Positions 55,738 to 64,000 of a DNA stretch of 64,000 nucleotides are shown here, in pieces; the first letter of the stretch is position 1; each line of letters opens with the position of its first letter. The DNA is taken from contig OZ242005.1 of the NCBI GenBank assembly GCA_965204725.1, positions 3,104,001-3,168,000 on the forward strand, given 5' to 3'. The DNA is from Candidatus Latescibacterota bacterium (lineage in GTDB: Bacteria; Latescibacterota; UBA2968; UBA8231). The notes under the pieces were generated by a model. It was not told where the DNA came from and did not search any database. It worked only from the letters and a program-made list of their open reading frames with translations. The position numbers were made by a program, and so were the translations under genes.

Positions 55738-56477
55738 CAACCGCCGAGTTGCTTGATTTTGTCGCGGGCAGTGGGCACGTATTCGCTGTCGGGATATTCG
55801 TCGATCAGCTTGCGCAAGGCCGCAAGGGCTCGGTCGCGATCTTCTCGCCGGAGGTGACAGCGGGCGATCTTTAGCTGGGCGTCGTCGGCCTTATCCGTGT
55901 TGCTAAAGGCGAACACCTTGGTGAATTCGATGAGCGCCTGCTGGTATTTGCCCAGCCCGTAATAGCACTCGCCCTTCCAGTACTGGGCGTTGTCGGACCA
56001 TTCGCTCATGGGGGCTTCCAGTAGCAAGCGGTCGAACTCGACTAAGGCGCGGTTGTATTGTTCGTGGCGGTAGTAGTAGAGCGCGCCTTGGTACATGTTG
56101 AACGCATCGCTGGTGTCGATGACCGCCGTCGTATCGGCCGGGGTATCGCGGCCGCTGGGGCTAGCGGCGACGGGCGGCGGCGGCATGGCCCGGCTGGGCA
56201 AGGAATCCAGTCGGGCACTTAGAACCCGGCTCTGGCCCTTGAGGGCGTTGAGGGCTTGGCGCAACTGGGCATTGGATTCCTCTAGCTGGCGCACGCGCTC
56301 GGCCATGGTCTGCTCGCGCTCATAGGCGGCCGCAACAGCTCGTTGGAGGGCTTGGAGGGCTTCGCTTCCCTCTTGCTCGGGCTCTTCCCACTGGCCGAGG
56401 GGTTGCTCAACTTGGGGAGGCGCGGCGCACGCCCCGAGGCCCAAGACCAACGCCAACGCGCTTTTCGCGCTCTTCAT
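55737..56477 (-). CDS. Tol-Pal YbgF/CpoB-like TPR lipoprotein
   Basis: LGAC lipobox, coiled coil, DNAQYWKGECYY, KADDAQLKIA, YPDS. Confidence 0.8.
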   Translation of the reverse strand: MKSAKSALALVLGLGACAAPPQVEQPLGQWEEPEQEGSEALQALQRAVAAAYEREQTMAERVRQLEESNAQLRQALNALKGQSRVLSARLDSLPSRAMPPPPVAASPSGRDTPADTTAVIDTSDAFNMYQGALYYYRHEQYNRALVEFDRLLLEAPMSEWSDNAQYWKGECYYGLGKYQQALIEFTKVFAFSNTDKADDAQLKIARCHLRREDRDRALAALRKLIDEYPDSEYVPTARDKIKQLGG

Positions 56478-56563
56478 CGCATTTTTTATTGGGAAACACA
56501 AATGGACCATCTTCGCTGAATATAGCACAATCCCCCTTCCAAACCAAATGCCTGCAAGGAGCG

Positions 56564-57079
56564 TCACGCACTCGGCAGCGCCCGGATGCGCTCAACTAAT
56601 TGAGTGGTGGAAATGCCCGGCCACAGCGGCAAGGCGCGCACTTGGCCGCCGTATGCTTTGACGTGCGCATGGCCGACGATGGCGGCCGGGGCGTAATCGC
56701 CTCCCTTGACCAAAACATCGGGCGAGAGCGCGGCCACGAGGCTCTCGACGCTCTCGCCCGAGAAGATGCAGACATGCGAAACGCATTCTAAGGCCGCGAG
56801 TACGGCCGCGCGGTCGCCTTGCGGGCACAGGGGACGGCCTCGTCCCTTGAGGGCGCGGACCCCATCGTCGTCGTTTAATCCCACTGCGAGGCAATCGCCC
56901 AAGGCGCGGGCCGCCCGCAAGTACTCGACGTGGCCGCGGTGCAACAGGTCAAAGCATCCATTGGTAAAGACGAAGGTCTGCCGTGCTTTTCTTAATTGAC
57001 TGCGGACGGCGAGCAATTGGTCGCAAGTAATGATTTTGGCGGGACCGGCCCAGGCCGGCGGGGCGTCGGGCGACTGCAT
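56564..57079 (-). CDS. rfaE2: D-glycero-beta-D-manno-heptose 1-phosphate adenylyltransferase
   Basis: FTNGCFDLLHRGH, GLNDD, LKG.GRP, VKGGDY, STT. Confidence 0.88.
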   Translation of the reverse strand: MQSPDAPPAWAGPAKIITCDQLLAVRSQLRKARQTFVFTNGCFDLLHRGHVEYLRAARALGDCLAVGLNDDDGVRALKGRGRPLCPQGDRAAVLAALECVSHVCIFSGESVESLVAALSPDVLVKGGDYAPAAIVGHAHVKAYGGQVRALPLWPGISTTQLVERIRALPSA

Positions 57080-57100
57080 GGGCAAGGACGAGGGGCGAAA

Positions 57101-57178
57101 TGGGGTGGATGACGGGAGTTGAACCCGCGCCCTCCAGGGCCACAACCTGGCGCTCTAACCAACTGAGCTACACCCACC
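57101..57178 (-). tRNA. tRNA-His(GTG)
   Basis: G-1, GTGGGTGTAGCTCAGTTGGTTAGAGCGCCAGGTTGTGGCCCTGG...CCCCA. Confidence 0.95.
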
Positions 57179-57195
57179 ACTAGACTTGGGCTGCA

Positions 57196-57272
57196 TGGCG
57201 TGCCCAGTAGGACTCGAACCTACGACCGTCTGCTTAGAAGGCAGATGCTCTATCCAACTGAGCTATGGGCAC
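57196..57272 (-). tRNA. tRNA-Arg(TCT)
   Basis: Anticodon arm TCTGC-CTTCTAA-GCAGA, T arm GGTTCGAGTCC, CCA end. Confidence 0.95.
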
Positions 57273-57303
57273 ATCGCCACGAACCCTTAAAAGGCGTTCA
57301 AAA

Positions 57304-57332
57304 ATATTAGGGGCTATTGCGATCAAAGTCAA
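57304..57332 (-). promoter_or_regulatory. Sigma70 promoter for tRNA-Arg/His
   Basis: TTGACT-17 bp-TAATAT. Confidence 0.6.
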
Positions 57333-57344
57333 CGCACCGCACGG

Positions 57345-58406
57345 CTAGGCCGGGCCGCCGCTTTCGTTATTGACGGCTTGGACCAGCGCCCGCATGTAGG
57401 CGATGGAGTACGCGACGCCGGCGCGACTTCCGCCGATCAGCTCGGGGATGTGGTCGGGGATGATCGCGCCATCGAACTCGACCGCCCGCAGGGCCTGCAT
57501 CACGCGGTGCATGTCCTGATAGCCGTCGTCCATCAGGGTTTCGCTCCACGGGTCGGGCATGGGGTTGGAGACATTGCGGAAGTGAATTTTGAAGAGCTTT
57601 TTGCGCGCCCCAAAGTAGTGTATCGCCTCTTCAACCGACGCCCCCATGCCCTGCTTACCCCCCTCCAGCCAGCAGCCGACGCACAGACAGACGCCGATAT
57701 TGGGGCTGTCGGCGATGTCCATGGCTCGCTTGTACCCAGCGAAGTTGCCGAAGATGCAGCGCGGTATTCCGCCTAGGGCATAGACCGGCGGGTCATCGGG
57801 GTGGATGCCGATATAGACCCCAGCTTCCTCGGCGACCGGGGCCACCTGGCGGATCAGGTACTCGTAGTTTTCCCACAGTTCGTCTTCTGTGTAGGCTCGG
57901 CCGTGGGTCAAGTCGCCTGTAAAGGTCTCGCTACCCCAGCGTCCTTGGGCGTTTTTGATGTCGAGGGTGCGCGCACTCATGCCGCCGCGACGGGTGGTGC
58001 GGCCGGTGCTCCAGATGCCGTTGCCCATGTGGGCATAGGTGTGGTAGCGGATACCTGCGGCGCCGAGGTCGCGGATGAACTGGATTAGTTCTGCGACCTT
58101 CTCGTCGCGGCCGGGCAGGTTGAGCGTGATCGCCGGGACATTGTGGACCGCGTGATTGGCGATGCGGTAGATCTGGAGGCCGTATTGGGCAAAACGCCCG
58201 GCGAACTGCTTGTAGTGTTCGACGCTGTGCAACGCTGGATCGTCAACCCCGAGCATGGCCCACTCAACGCCGAGTTGTTGAAAAAATTGCAAATCCTCGT
58301 CGCTGGCCTTGTGCGAGGTCTGGACAGCGACTTGGATGCCCGGCTCGCTGGCGTACAAGCCGGGGACGGCGCGCAGGGCGTACGGTCTGTTGGCGGTCGC
58401 GGTCAT
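57345..58406 (-). CDS. uxuA: Mannonate dehydratase (UxuA-like)
   Basis: ELWENYEY...APVAEEAGV, HPDDPP, IHFRNV, PDH.P. Confidence 0.8.
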   Translation of the reverse strand: MTATANRPYALRAVPGLYASEPGIQVAVQTSHKASDEDLQFFQQLGVEWAMLGVDDPALHSVEHYKQFAGRFAQYGLQIYRIANHAVHNVPAITLNLPGRDEKVAELIQFIRDLGAAGIRYHTYAHMGNGIWSTGRTTRRGGMSARTLDIKNAQGRWGSETFTGDLTHGRAYTEDELWENYEYLIRQVAPVAEEAGVYIGIHPDDPPVYALGGIPRCIFGNFAGYKRAMDIADSPNIGVCLCVGCWLEGGKQGMGASVEEAIHYFGARKKLFKIHFRNVSNPMPDPWSETLMDDGYQDMHRVMQALRAVEFDGAIIPDHIPELIGGSRAGVAYSIAYMRALVQAVNNESGGPA

Positions 58407-58434
58407 GGGGTCTCTTCCTTATGCAGGATGATTG

Positions 58435-58522
58435 TGGTGCCGAGGGCCGGACTCGAACCGGCACGTCCTGAGCGGACAGTGGATTTTAAGTCCACCGCGT
58501 CTACCAATTCCGCCACCCCGGC
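58435..58522 (-). tRNA. tRNA-Leu(TAA)
   Basis: GCCGGGGTGGCGGAATTGGTAGACGC, GTGGA-CTTAAAA-TCCAC, long variable arm, CCA. Confidence 0.95.
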
Positions 58523-58537
58523 ACACGGGCAAAAAAA

Positions 58538-58611
58538 TGGAGGCGACGCCCGGGATCGAACCGGGGATAAGGGCTTTGCAGGCCCCTGCCTTACCACTTG
58601 GCCACGTCGCC
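58538..58611 (-). tRNA. tRNA-Cys(GCA)
   Basis: GGCGACGTGGCCAAGTGGTAAGGC, GGGC-CTGCAAA-GCCC, TCCA end. Confidence 0.95.
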
Positions 58612-58626
58612 TCAAATAGGGCTTTG

Positions 58627-58655
58627 AAAGTACGCGGCCCATAAAATCCTGTCAA
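58627..58655 (-). promoter_or_regulatory. Sigma70 promoter for tRNA-Cys/Leu
   Basis: TTGACA-17 bp-TACTTT. Confidence 0.6.
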
Positions 58656-58704
58656 CCTGCACCACCCGCTTGTACGACCAAGAATGGGCGCGGCCAAAGG
58701 GCCT

Positions 58705-58732
58705 TTGACATCGCTTGCAAAATCTATACAAT
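58705..58732 (+). promoter_or_regulatory. Divergent sigma70 promoter for the small gene and thyA
   Basis: TTGACA-16 bp-TACAAT. Confidence 0.55.
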
Positions 58733-58775
58733 AAAAAGAGCATCGTTCCAAGTCGTGAAAACCAAGGAGGTGAGA

Positions 58776-58982
58776 ATGACCTCTACCGAAGAGCGTGTGA
58801 GCAGGATCGAAGGTGCGTATGAACACCTTGCCACCAAAGCAGATGTCATCGCCGTCAAAGCCGATGTGCAGGAACTCAGAAGCGAAATCAGGGCCATGGA
58901 GGCGCGCCTTTTGCTGCGCCTAGGCGGGCTGCTGATAGCCAGCGTCGGCGCGACAGCGGCCATACTGCGTTTCCTGTCTTAG
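58776..58982 (+). CDS. Small coiled-coil + TM protein (DUF1640-like)
   Basis: AAGGAGGTGA RBS; [19 protein letters not shown]-terminal TM. Confidence 0.8.
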   Translation: MTSTEERVSRIEGAYEHLATKADVIAVKADVQELRSEIRAMEARLLLRLGGLLIASVGATAAILRFLS

Positions 58983-59004
58983 CCATCGGCCACCAGCTTC
59001 CACC

Positions 59005-59796
59005 ATGCGACAATACCTCGACCTAGTAGGCCATTGCCTCGACCACGGCGAGGGCAAAGCCGACCGCACGGGCGTCGGCACCCTCGCTGTGTTCGGCTAT
59101 CAGATGCGCTTTGACCTTGCGGCCGGGTTCCCCTGCCTGACCACCAAGAAGCTGCATTTGCGTTCCATTATCCACGAACTGTTATGGTTCCTCAAGGGCG
59201 ACACCAACACGGCCTATTTGCATCAAGAAAACGTCCGCATCTGGGACGAATGGGCCGACGAAAGCGGCGACCTCGGCCCCATCTACGGCAAGCAGTGGCG
59301 CGGTTGGGCCACCGACGACGGCCCCATCGACCAAATTCAACGAGCCGTTGAGCTGATTAAGACCGATCCCGATTCGCGCCGCATCCTCGTCAGCGCGTGG
59401 AACGTCAGCGAGTTGGACCAAATGGCCCTCATGCCCTGCCACTGCCTATTCCAGTTTTTCGTCGCCCGCGGTCGGCTTTCCTGCCAGCTCTATCAACGCT
59501 CTTGCGATGTAGGGCTTGGCGTGCCGTTCAATATCGCCAGCTATAGCCTGCTGACCATGATGATGGCCCAAGTCTGCGGCTTGCAACCTGGGGAATTCGT
59601 CTGGACTGGCGGCGACATCCACATCTACCGCAACCACATCGCCGCGCTGCGCCAACAACTCGCCCGCACGCCCCGGCCGCTGCCGGTGATGACCATTAAA
59701 AATCGCGGCCAGTCGATTTCCGGCTTCCACTACGACGACTTCAAACTACGCAACTACCATCCCCATCCCGCTATCCGCATGGCAATCGCCATCTGA
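59005..59796 (+). CDS. thyA: Thymidylate synthase
   Basis: DRTGVGT, ELLWF, DSRR, MALMPCH, QRSCD..LGVPFN, HIY.NH. Confidence 0.97.
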   Translation: MRQYLDLVGHCLDHGEGKADRTGVGTLAVFGYQMRFDLAAGFPCLTTKKLHLRSIIHELLWFLKGDTNTAYLHQENVRIWDEWADESGDLGPIYGKQWRGWATDDGPIDQIQRAVELIKTDPDSRRILVSAWNVSELDQMALMPCHCLFQFFVARGRLSCQLYQRSCDVGLGVPFNIASYSLLTMMMAQVCGLQPGEFVWTGGDIHIYRNHIAALRQQLARTPRPLPVMTIKNRGQSISGFHYDDFKLRNYHPHPAIRMAIAI

Positions 59797-59798
59797 CA

Positions 59799-60155
59799 TC
59801 AGTCTTGCACCAAGGTCTTCACCTGCGGCTGGGCCGCATCGATGGTCCAAGCCCCTATCTGTCCGTCCCCGTCCAAGTCGGCCTGCACCACCAACCAGAA
59901 CTCCTCGTTGACCGGTCGCAACTCCCAAGCATAGCCCTCTACCCGCCACCAAGCGCGCTGAATCTTCTCGTCATTCGGGTCGAAGTAGCGGCCGTACTCG
60001 GCAAAATGGGCCTTTTCGATCAAGTAGAGTTGCTCTAACCGCGCCTCCAATTGGATCAAGCGCCGCTCGTCTGGGGTCACGCGAGAAAAATGCACAACCC
60101 CCAGCCCTGTGAGCACCAACAGCAAAAGCACCACCTCGATCAGTCTCAGCGGCAT
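59799..60155 (-). CDS. Hypothetical pilin-like protein
   Basis: RLIE followed by a hydrophobic helix; E..HFAEYGRY and ADLDGDG..W.ID resemble minor pilin motifs. Confidence 0.5.
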   Translation of the reverse strand: MPLRLIEVVLLLLVLTGLGVVHFSRVTPDERRLIQLEARLEQLYLIEKAHFAEYGRYFDPNDEKIQRAWWRVEGYAWELRPVNEEFWLVVQADLDGDGQIGAWTIDAAQPQVKTLVQD

Positions 60156-61729
60156 GGGATGACTACCTCTTCGACGGTTTGAGCCGCGCCTAAGTCAATC
60201 GGCTCGCCGTAGCGTCCATAAGGCTCGGAATGGTGAAAAGGATGGAGCGAGCCGCGGTCGCACTCGCCGTCGCCGTCGCGATCGACAAACGCCCACAGCA
60301 AGTAGGTGCCGGCCAGCAGGCCAGTCAGCGCAAACCGCCCCTCTTCGTCGGCCCACTCCGCGTACGTCCGCCCCTCTTCGTCGATGGCTGCGACCCGGAC
60401 GCGCCCTATTTCCCCGGCTTGCACCTGCCCCCGAATCGCCGCAGTCTCCGCGCCAACGGTAAAAGAGAGCGCGAGCAGGCTGTCGGCGAGGCCATTGCCG
60501 GCCCGGTCCACGAACCGAGCGGTCGGTCCGACGAGCCGGTACACACCCGGTGCCAACGGTTCGGCCGGTGCGAAACGGGCGCGGTTGGGGGCCGGCCACA
60601 GCCAATCCCCGGCCAATGCGCGCGTCGAATCGCTTTCCGTCCAAAATCCTTCCAACGCGGCCGGCTGCATGGCCTCGGAAAAAAGCAGGTCCAGCGCATC
60701 GCTTGGCGCCAGTCGATCCCTAGCCAGCGTGACGAACGAGGGCGGCTTGCGGTCGGGCCGCGCACTGCCGCGCACGGGCGAGTCCCACTGCACGGGCACC
60801 CCGGCGAGCGCGAGTTGCACGGCATAGGGGCGGCCCGGCTCTTGCGCTTCGGTCTCGACGTACATTTTCTCCTCGGCATCCGGGGCCGCGTACAGCGACT
60901 CCACCGCCAACCCGGCGATCTCTAGCTCCAACTCTTGCGGATCTACGGCCTCGGCAAACAGCAACATCAGCCGCTGGGCGTGTATGGCTTGGACCCGTTT
61001 GAGCGTGGGCGCGGGCGGCTGCCGGCGCACGAGGGCCAAGTCGCCAGCCCGCACCTCTTCCTCGCCCACTTCCACTGGGGCGGCCGGCAGGGCCAGCCAC
61101 TCGTCGGCGTCTGGCAGGGCGTTGCGATTTGCGTCCCTAAAGGCCAGCACCCGATAGCGGCCCGGAGCGAGGCGGGCAAACTCATAGCTCCCGTCGGCCC
61201 CGCTCTGAGTCTGATAGGACGGTTCGTCCAATCCCACCTCCCCGCTAAAAATTCCCAAATCATAGGCCCAAATGTGGACGCCGGCCGCGGGTTGATGGTC
61301 TTGGTACACTCGGCCTCGCACCAAACCCCGATCGAGCTGTGAACCAGTGGCAAAAGCTAAGGTAAAGGATTCCGTCAAGGCATTGCCCCGCAAATCGCGC
61401 GCCCCAGTGCCCACCGTCAGCACATAGGTCCGCTCCTCGGCCAAGGACATGGCAAGGCGCAGCCGCGGACCGCGCCACGACAGTTTTAGCGGCCCGGCCG
61501 GCGAGGTGAAAATAGCGGCTTCGGTCTGCTCGCGGTTCATGGGTTCGCTAAAGACGATCTCTATTTCGGTGTCCCGCGCCACTTCCAAAGCGTCGCGCTC
61601 CGGGTAGTGCGACAGGATGCGGGGTGGCTTTTTATCCACCGGCCCTCCGGTGGGCGGCCCGACTTTGGCGCAGCCCAACAACAGCGCGACCAAGACGCTA
61701 ATCAGCACCGTGCGGATGGGCCTCGGCAT
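60146..61729 (-). CDS. Ig-like (Big_5) domain lipoprotein
   Basis: ATG 61729, LLGCA..GPPTGGP.D..PP, FSEPM, DLRGN, FATG. Confidence 0.85.
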   Translation of the reverse strand: MPRPIRTVLISVLVALLLGCAKVGPPTGGPVDKKPPRILSHYPERDALEVARDTEIEIVFSEPMNREQTEAAIFTSPAGPLKLSWRGPRLRLAMSLAEERTYVLTVGTGARDLRGNALTESFTLAFATGSQLDRGLVRGRVYQDHQPAAGVHIWAYDLGIFSGEVGLDEPSYQTQSGADGSYEFARLAPGRYRVLAFRDANRNALPDADEWLALPAAPVEVGEEEVRAGDLALVRRQPPAPTLKRVQAIHAQRLMLLFAEAVDPQELELEIAGLAVESLYAAPDAEEKMYVETEAQEPGRPYAVQLALAGVPVQWDSPVRGSARPDRKPPSFVTLARDRLAPSDALDLLFSEAMQPAALEGFWTESDSTRALAGDWLWPAPNRARFAPAEPLAPGVYRLVGPTARFVDRAGNGLADSLLALSFTVGAETAAIRGQVQAGEIGRVRVAAIDEEGRTYAEWADEEGRFALTGLLAGTYLLWAFVDRDGDGECDRGSLHPFHHSEPYGRYGEPIDLGAAQTVEEVVIPCR

Positions 61730-62657
61730 AGACGGCTTGCAGGTGCTCCAAGCTGACTTCGGTATAGCTTTGAGTCGCGGCCAAGGTCGCGTGCCCGAGG
61801 AGCTCCTTGACGGCCACCAAGTCGGCCCCAGCGTCGAGGAGGTGGGCGGCAAAGGAGTGGCGCAGGCGATGCGGGCTGAGCGAATCGTCTTCCGACACGG
61901 TGCGCAGATGGCGCTCGACGATGCGCTGCACAGAGCGACGGCTCAAGCGCTTGCCGCGCCCGTTGAGAAATAGGGCACCGGCTTCTACTTGGGATATATC
62001 GCATTCGAGCAGGATTTCAGCGCGGCGTTGCAGGTACGCTTTGAGGGCCTCTTGTGCCTTCGCACCAATGGGGGCGACGCGCTCCTTGCGGCCCTTGCCT
62101 AGCACCTTGATGATGCCTTCGACCAGATCGAGCGCCGAGAGGTTGAGCCCGACCAACTCGCCGAGGCGAATGCCCCCGCCGTAGAACACTTCTAGAATGG
62201 CCCGATCCCGCACGCCGCTGAACCGCTCGGTTGAAGGAGCTTCCATGGCCTCGGCAACCTGCTTCACGGGCAGGTGCCGCGGCAAGGCGCGCTCGACCAA
62301 GGGCGAGGCCACCGCCCCAGCCGGGTTGGCCACGAGGGCGCCCTCGCGGCACAGATAGCGGAAGAGCGAGCGCAGGGCCGCCAATTTGCGGGCAACGGTG
62401 CTGGCTTTGAGGCCCCTTTCGTCTAGTAGATCGGCGACAAAGGCCCGAACCTGCGCGCGCTGCACCGCCCGCAGCGGCAGTTGCAAATTATCGACTCGCG
62501 GATAGAGGAAGCGGGCGAATTGCTGCAAGTCGCAGCGATATGAACTGAGGGTGTACTCGGCGTAGTTGCGCTCTTTGTGGAGGTATTCCAAGAAGCGGGC
62601 TATGCCCTCTTCAAGACTGGATCCGGCGTGTAAAGTGCTTTGGGGTACATCGGCCAT
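61698..62657 (-). CDS. xerC: Tyrosine recombinase XerC
   Basis: RDRAILE.FYG.GIR, GKGRKER, HRLRHSFA, LLGH, T..YT; directly downstream of topA. Confidence 0.85.
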   Translation of the reverse strand: MADVPQSTLHAGSSLEEGIARFLEYLHKERNYAEYTLSSYRCDLQQFARFLYPRVDNLQLPLRAVQRAQVRAFVADLLDERGLKASTVARKLAALRSLFRYLCREGALVANPAGAVASPLVERALPRHLPVKQVAEAMEAPSTERFSGVRDRAILEVFYGGGIRLGELVGLNLSALDLVEGIIKVLGKGRKERVAPIGAKAQEALKAYLQRRAEILLECDISQVEAGALFLNGRGKRLSRRSVQRIVERHLRTVSEDDSLSPHRLRHSFAAHLLDAGADLVAVKELLGHATLAATQSYTEVSLEHLQAVYAEAHPHGAD

Positions 62658-62686
62658 GGCGTAGCCAGCCCAGGAGGAAAGAATGC

Positions 62687-64000
62687 TCAGGCGGCTTGGG
62701 CGTTTTTGTCTTTTTCGCCCTCTTCGCTTTCGTACTCGGTACCGCAAACCCGGCAGTGCAGTGCCGGAGCACCCGAGCGGCTGCCCTTTTCGTAGAGCAA
62801 GGCGGCCGCGCAATGCGGACACTTGCGGGCTATGGGGCGGTCCCAACTGGCGAACTTGCACTGGGGATAGGTGCTGCAACCAAAGAATACCTTGCCTTTG
62901 CGTGACCGCTTCTCCACGATTTGGCCCTCGCAGTTATCTTCTGGGCACTGGATCCCGAGGACGTAGGGCTTGACGTTTTTGCAAGCAGGATAGCTGCTAC
63001 AAGCCAAAAAGCGGCCATAGCGACCTATCTTGACGACCATTGGGGCGTTGCACTGATCGCAGACTTCGTCGGTGGGGACCTCGCCTGGCTCTTCGAGGGG
63101 CTTGGTGTTTTTGCACTTGGGATAACCCGAGCACGCGAGGAAGCGGCCGTTGCGGCCCCACTTGACGACCATGGCGGAGCCGCATTCCTCGCAGTTTTCG
63201 TCCGACGCCTCTTGCAGGGCGAGCTTTAGCTCTCTGCGGCGGTTGTTGGCCGCGTCTAAGTCGCCCTTCCACGAGTCGTAGAACTGCTGCACGATCTCCA
63301 CCCAGTTGGTGCCGCCATCTTCGACCCGATCGAGCTTGTCCTCCATGTTGGCCGTGAAAGCTACGTTAAAGAGATGCGGGAAGGTATCTACGAGCAGTTT
63401 GTTGACGGTCTGGCCGCGCTCAGTGGCCACGAAGTAGCGGTTATCGACCTTTTCGACGTACTCGCGGTCGAGGATGGTGGTGATAATTTGCGCGTAGGTC
63501 GAGGGGCGGCCAATGCCTTCGGACTCCAGTTGCTTGACCAAAGACGCCTCGGTAAAGCGCGGTGGCGGTTTGGTAAAGTGCTGCTCAGGGGCGATCTTTT
63601 CTAATTTCAGCACCTCACCCGTGGCAATGTCCGTGGGCACGGCTCGCGACTCGGGCTCTTTCCCTTGGGCGATGCCGTTAGCTCCAGCCTCCGGCTTGTC
63701 CTCTTCCTTGCTCTCGCTATAGAGCAGGGTAAAGCCCGGAAACTTGACGATGCTGCCCGTAGCTCGGAGCGAATAGGGGCCGGCCTCGACATTGGCCGTC
63801 GTGATGCTGAGCACTTGCGGCTTCATCTGCGAGGTCACGAATCGCTTCCAGATCAGGGAGTACACCCGCGCCTGATCGGGCTTGAGCAAGTGCTCAATTT
63901 TGTCTGGATGCAGCACCACAGAGGTGGGGCGTATGGCCTCGTGGGCGTCTTGGGCGCTGTTTTTGGTCCGGTAGTGATTGGGCGTTTCGGGCACGTACTC
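62687..64000 (-). CDS. topA: DNA topoisomerase I (C-terminal part; 5'-truncated by window edge)
   Basis: AQDAHEAIRPT, GIGRPSTYA, FTA.ME..LD, C4 zinc ribbons. Confidence 0.96.
   Translation of the reverse strand, partial: EYVPETPNHYRTKNSAQDAHEAIRPTSVVLHPDKIEHLLKPDQARVYSLIWKRFVTSQMKPQVLSITTANVEAGPYSLRATGSIVKFPGFTLLYSESKEEDKPEAGANGIAQGKEPESRAVPTDIATGEVLKLEKIAPEQHFTKPPPRFTEASLVKQLESEGIGRPSTYAQIITTILDREYVEKVDNRYFVATERGQTVNKLLVDTFPHLFNVAFTANMEDKLDRVEDGGTNWVEIVQQFYDSWKGDLDAANNRRRELKLALQEASDENCEECGSAMVVKWGRNGRFLACSGYPKCKNTKPLEEPGEVPTDEVCDQCNAPMVVKIGRYGRFLACSSYPACKNVKPYVLGIQCPEDNCEGQIVEKRSRKGKVFFGCSTYPQCKFASWDRPIARKCPHCAAALLYEKGSRSGAPALHCRVCGTEYESEEGEKDKNAQAA

Noticed and set aside
52487-58611. tRNAs as integration sites of an island or prophage
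   Set aside because: No adjacent integrase and no duplicated tRNA 3' end noticed; flanking genes are housekeeping
61698-62657. Tyrosine recombinase as a phage or island integrase
   Set aside because: Size, motifs and the topA-xerC linkage fit chromosomal XerC

Overview
GC-rich bacterial chromosome segment. Many secreted proteins carry a FlgD-Ig/T9SS-like C-terminal tail, which suggests an FCB-group lineage such as Latescibacterota or Gemmatimonadota (inference only). From left to right: (1) 1-3.9 kb is a defence-island-like end, with a partial type IIG restriction-modification gene, a RelB-like antitoxin whose RelE partner is truncated, and a lower-GC two-gene cassette encoding an HExxH protein. 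(2) 3.9-18.3 kb holds a Tat-exported aldo/keto reductase and four tandem paralogous S8 subtilases with 3/0/0/8 IPT/TIG repeats. Palindromic REP-like repeats and a GIY-YIG remnant lie between the later paralogs, followed by a DUF5678 + retropepsin pair. (3) 18.3-32.9 kb is a long aromatic amino acid operon behind an unannotated Trp leader-peptide attenuator: trpE(G), trpG, trpD, trpC, trpS, chorismate mutase, tyrA, an AroA-like protein with a degenerate active site, a hidden 46-aa membrane ORF, aroE, argS, aroK, aroB, rimO and DUF971. (4) Small coiled-coil/TM paralogs, BatA/VWA, PTS IIA, SixA, a double YjbQ-like protein and a PMM/O-antigen ligase/GT4 cluster. (5) 42.6-48.8 kb is a decaying accessory patch: two FG-GAP paralogs (one broken by a microhomology deletion), a Cys-rich secreted peptide ORF, a MITE, a dead IS630 and a pseudogenised phosphorothioate-binding (SBD) nuclease. 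(6) 48.8-64 kb is mostly housekeeping: TonB receptor, thrC, nadD, bamD, cpoB-like, rfaE2, uxuA-like, thyA, xerC, partial topA and five tRNAs. No CRISPR array, rRNA or prophage was seen. All calls come from motif reading by eye; no searches were run.
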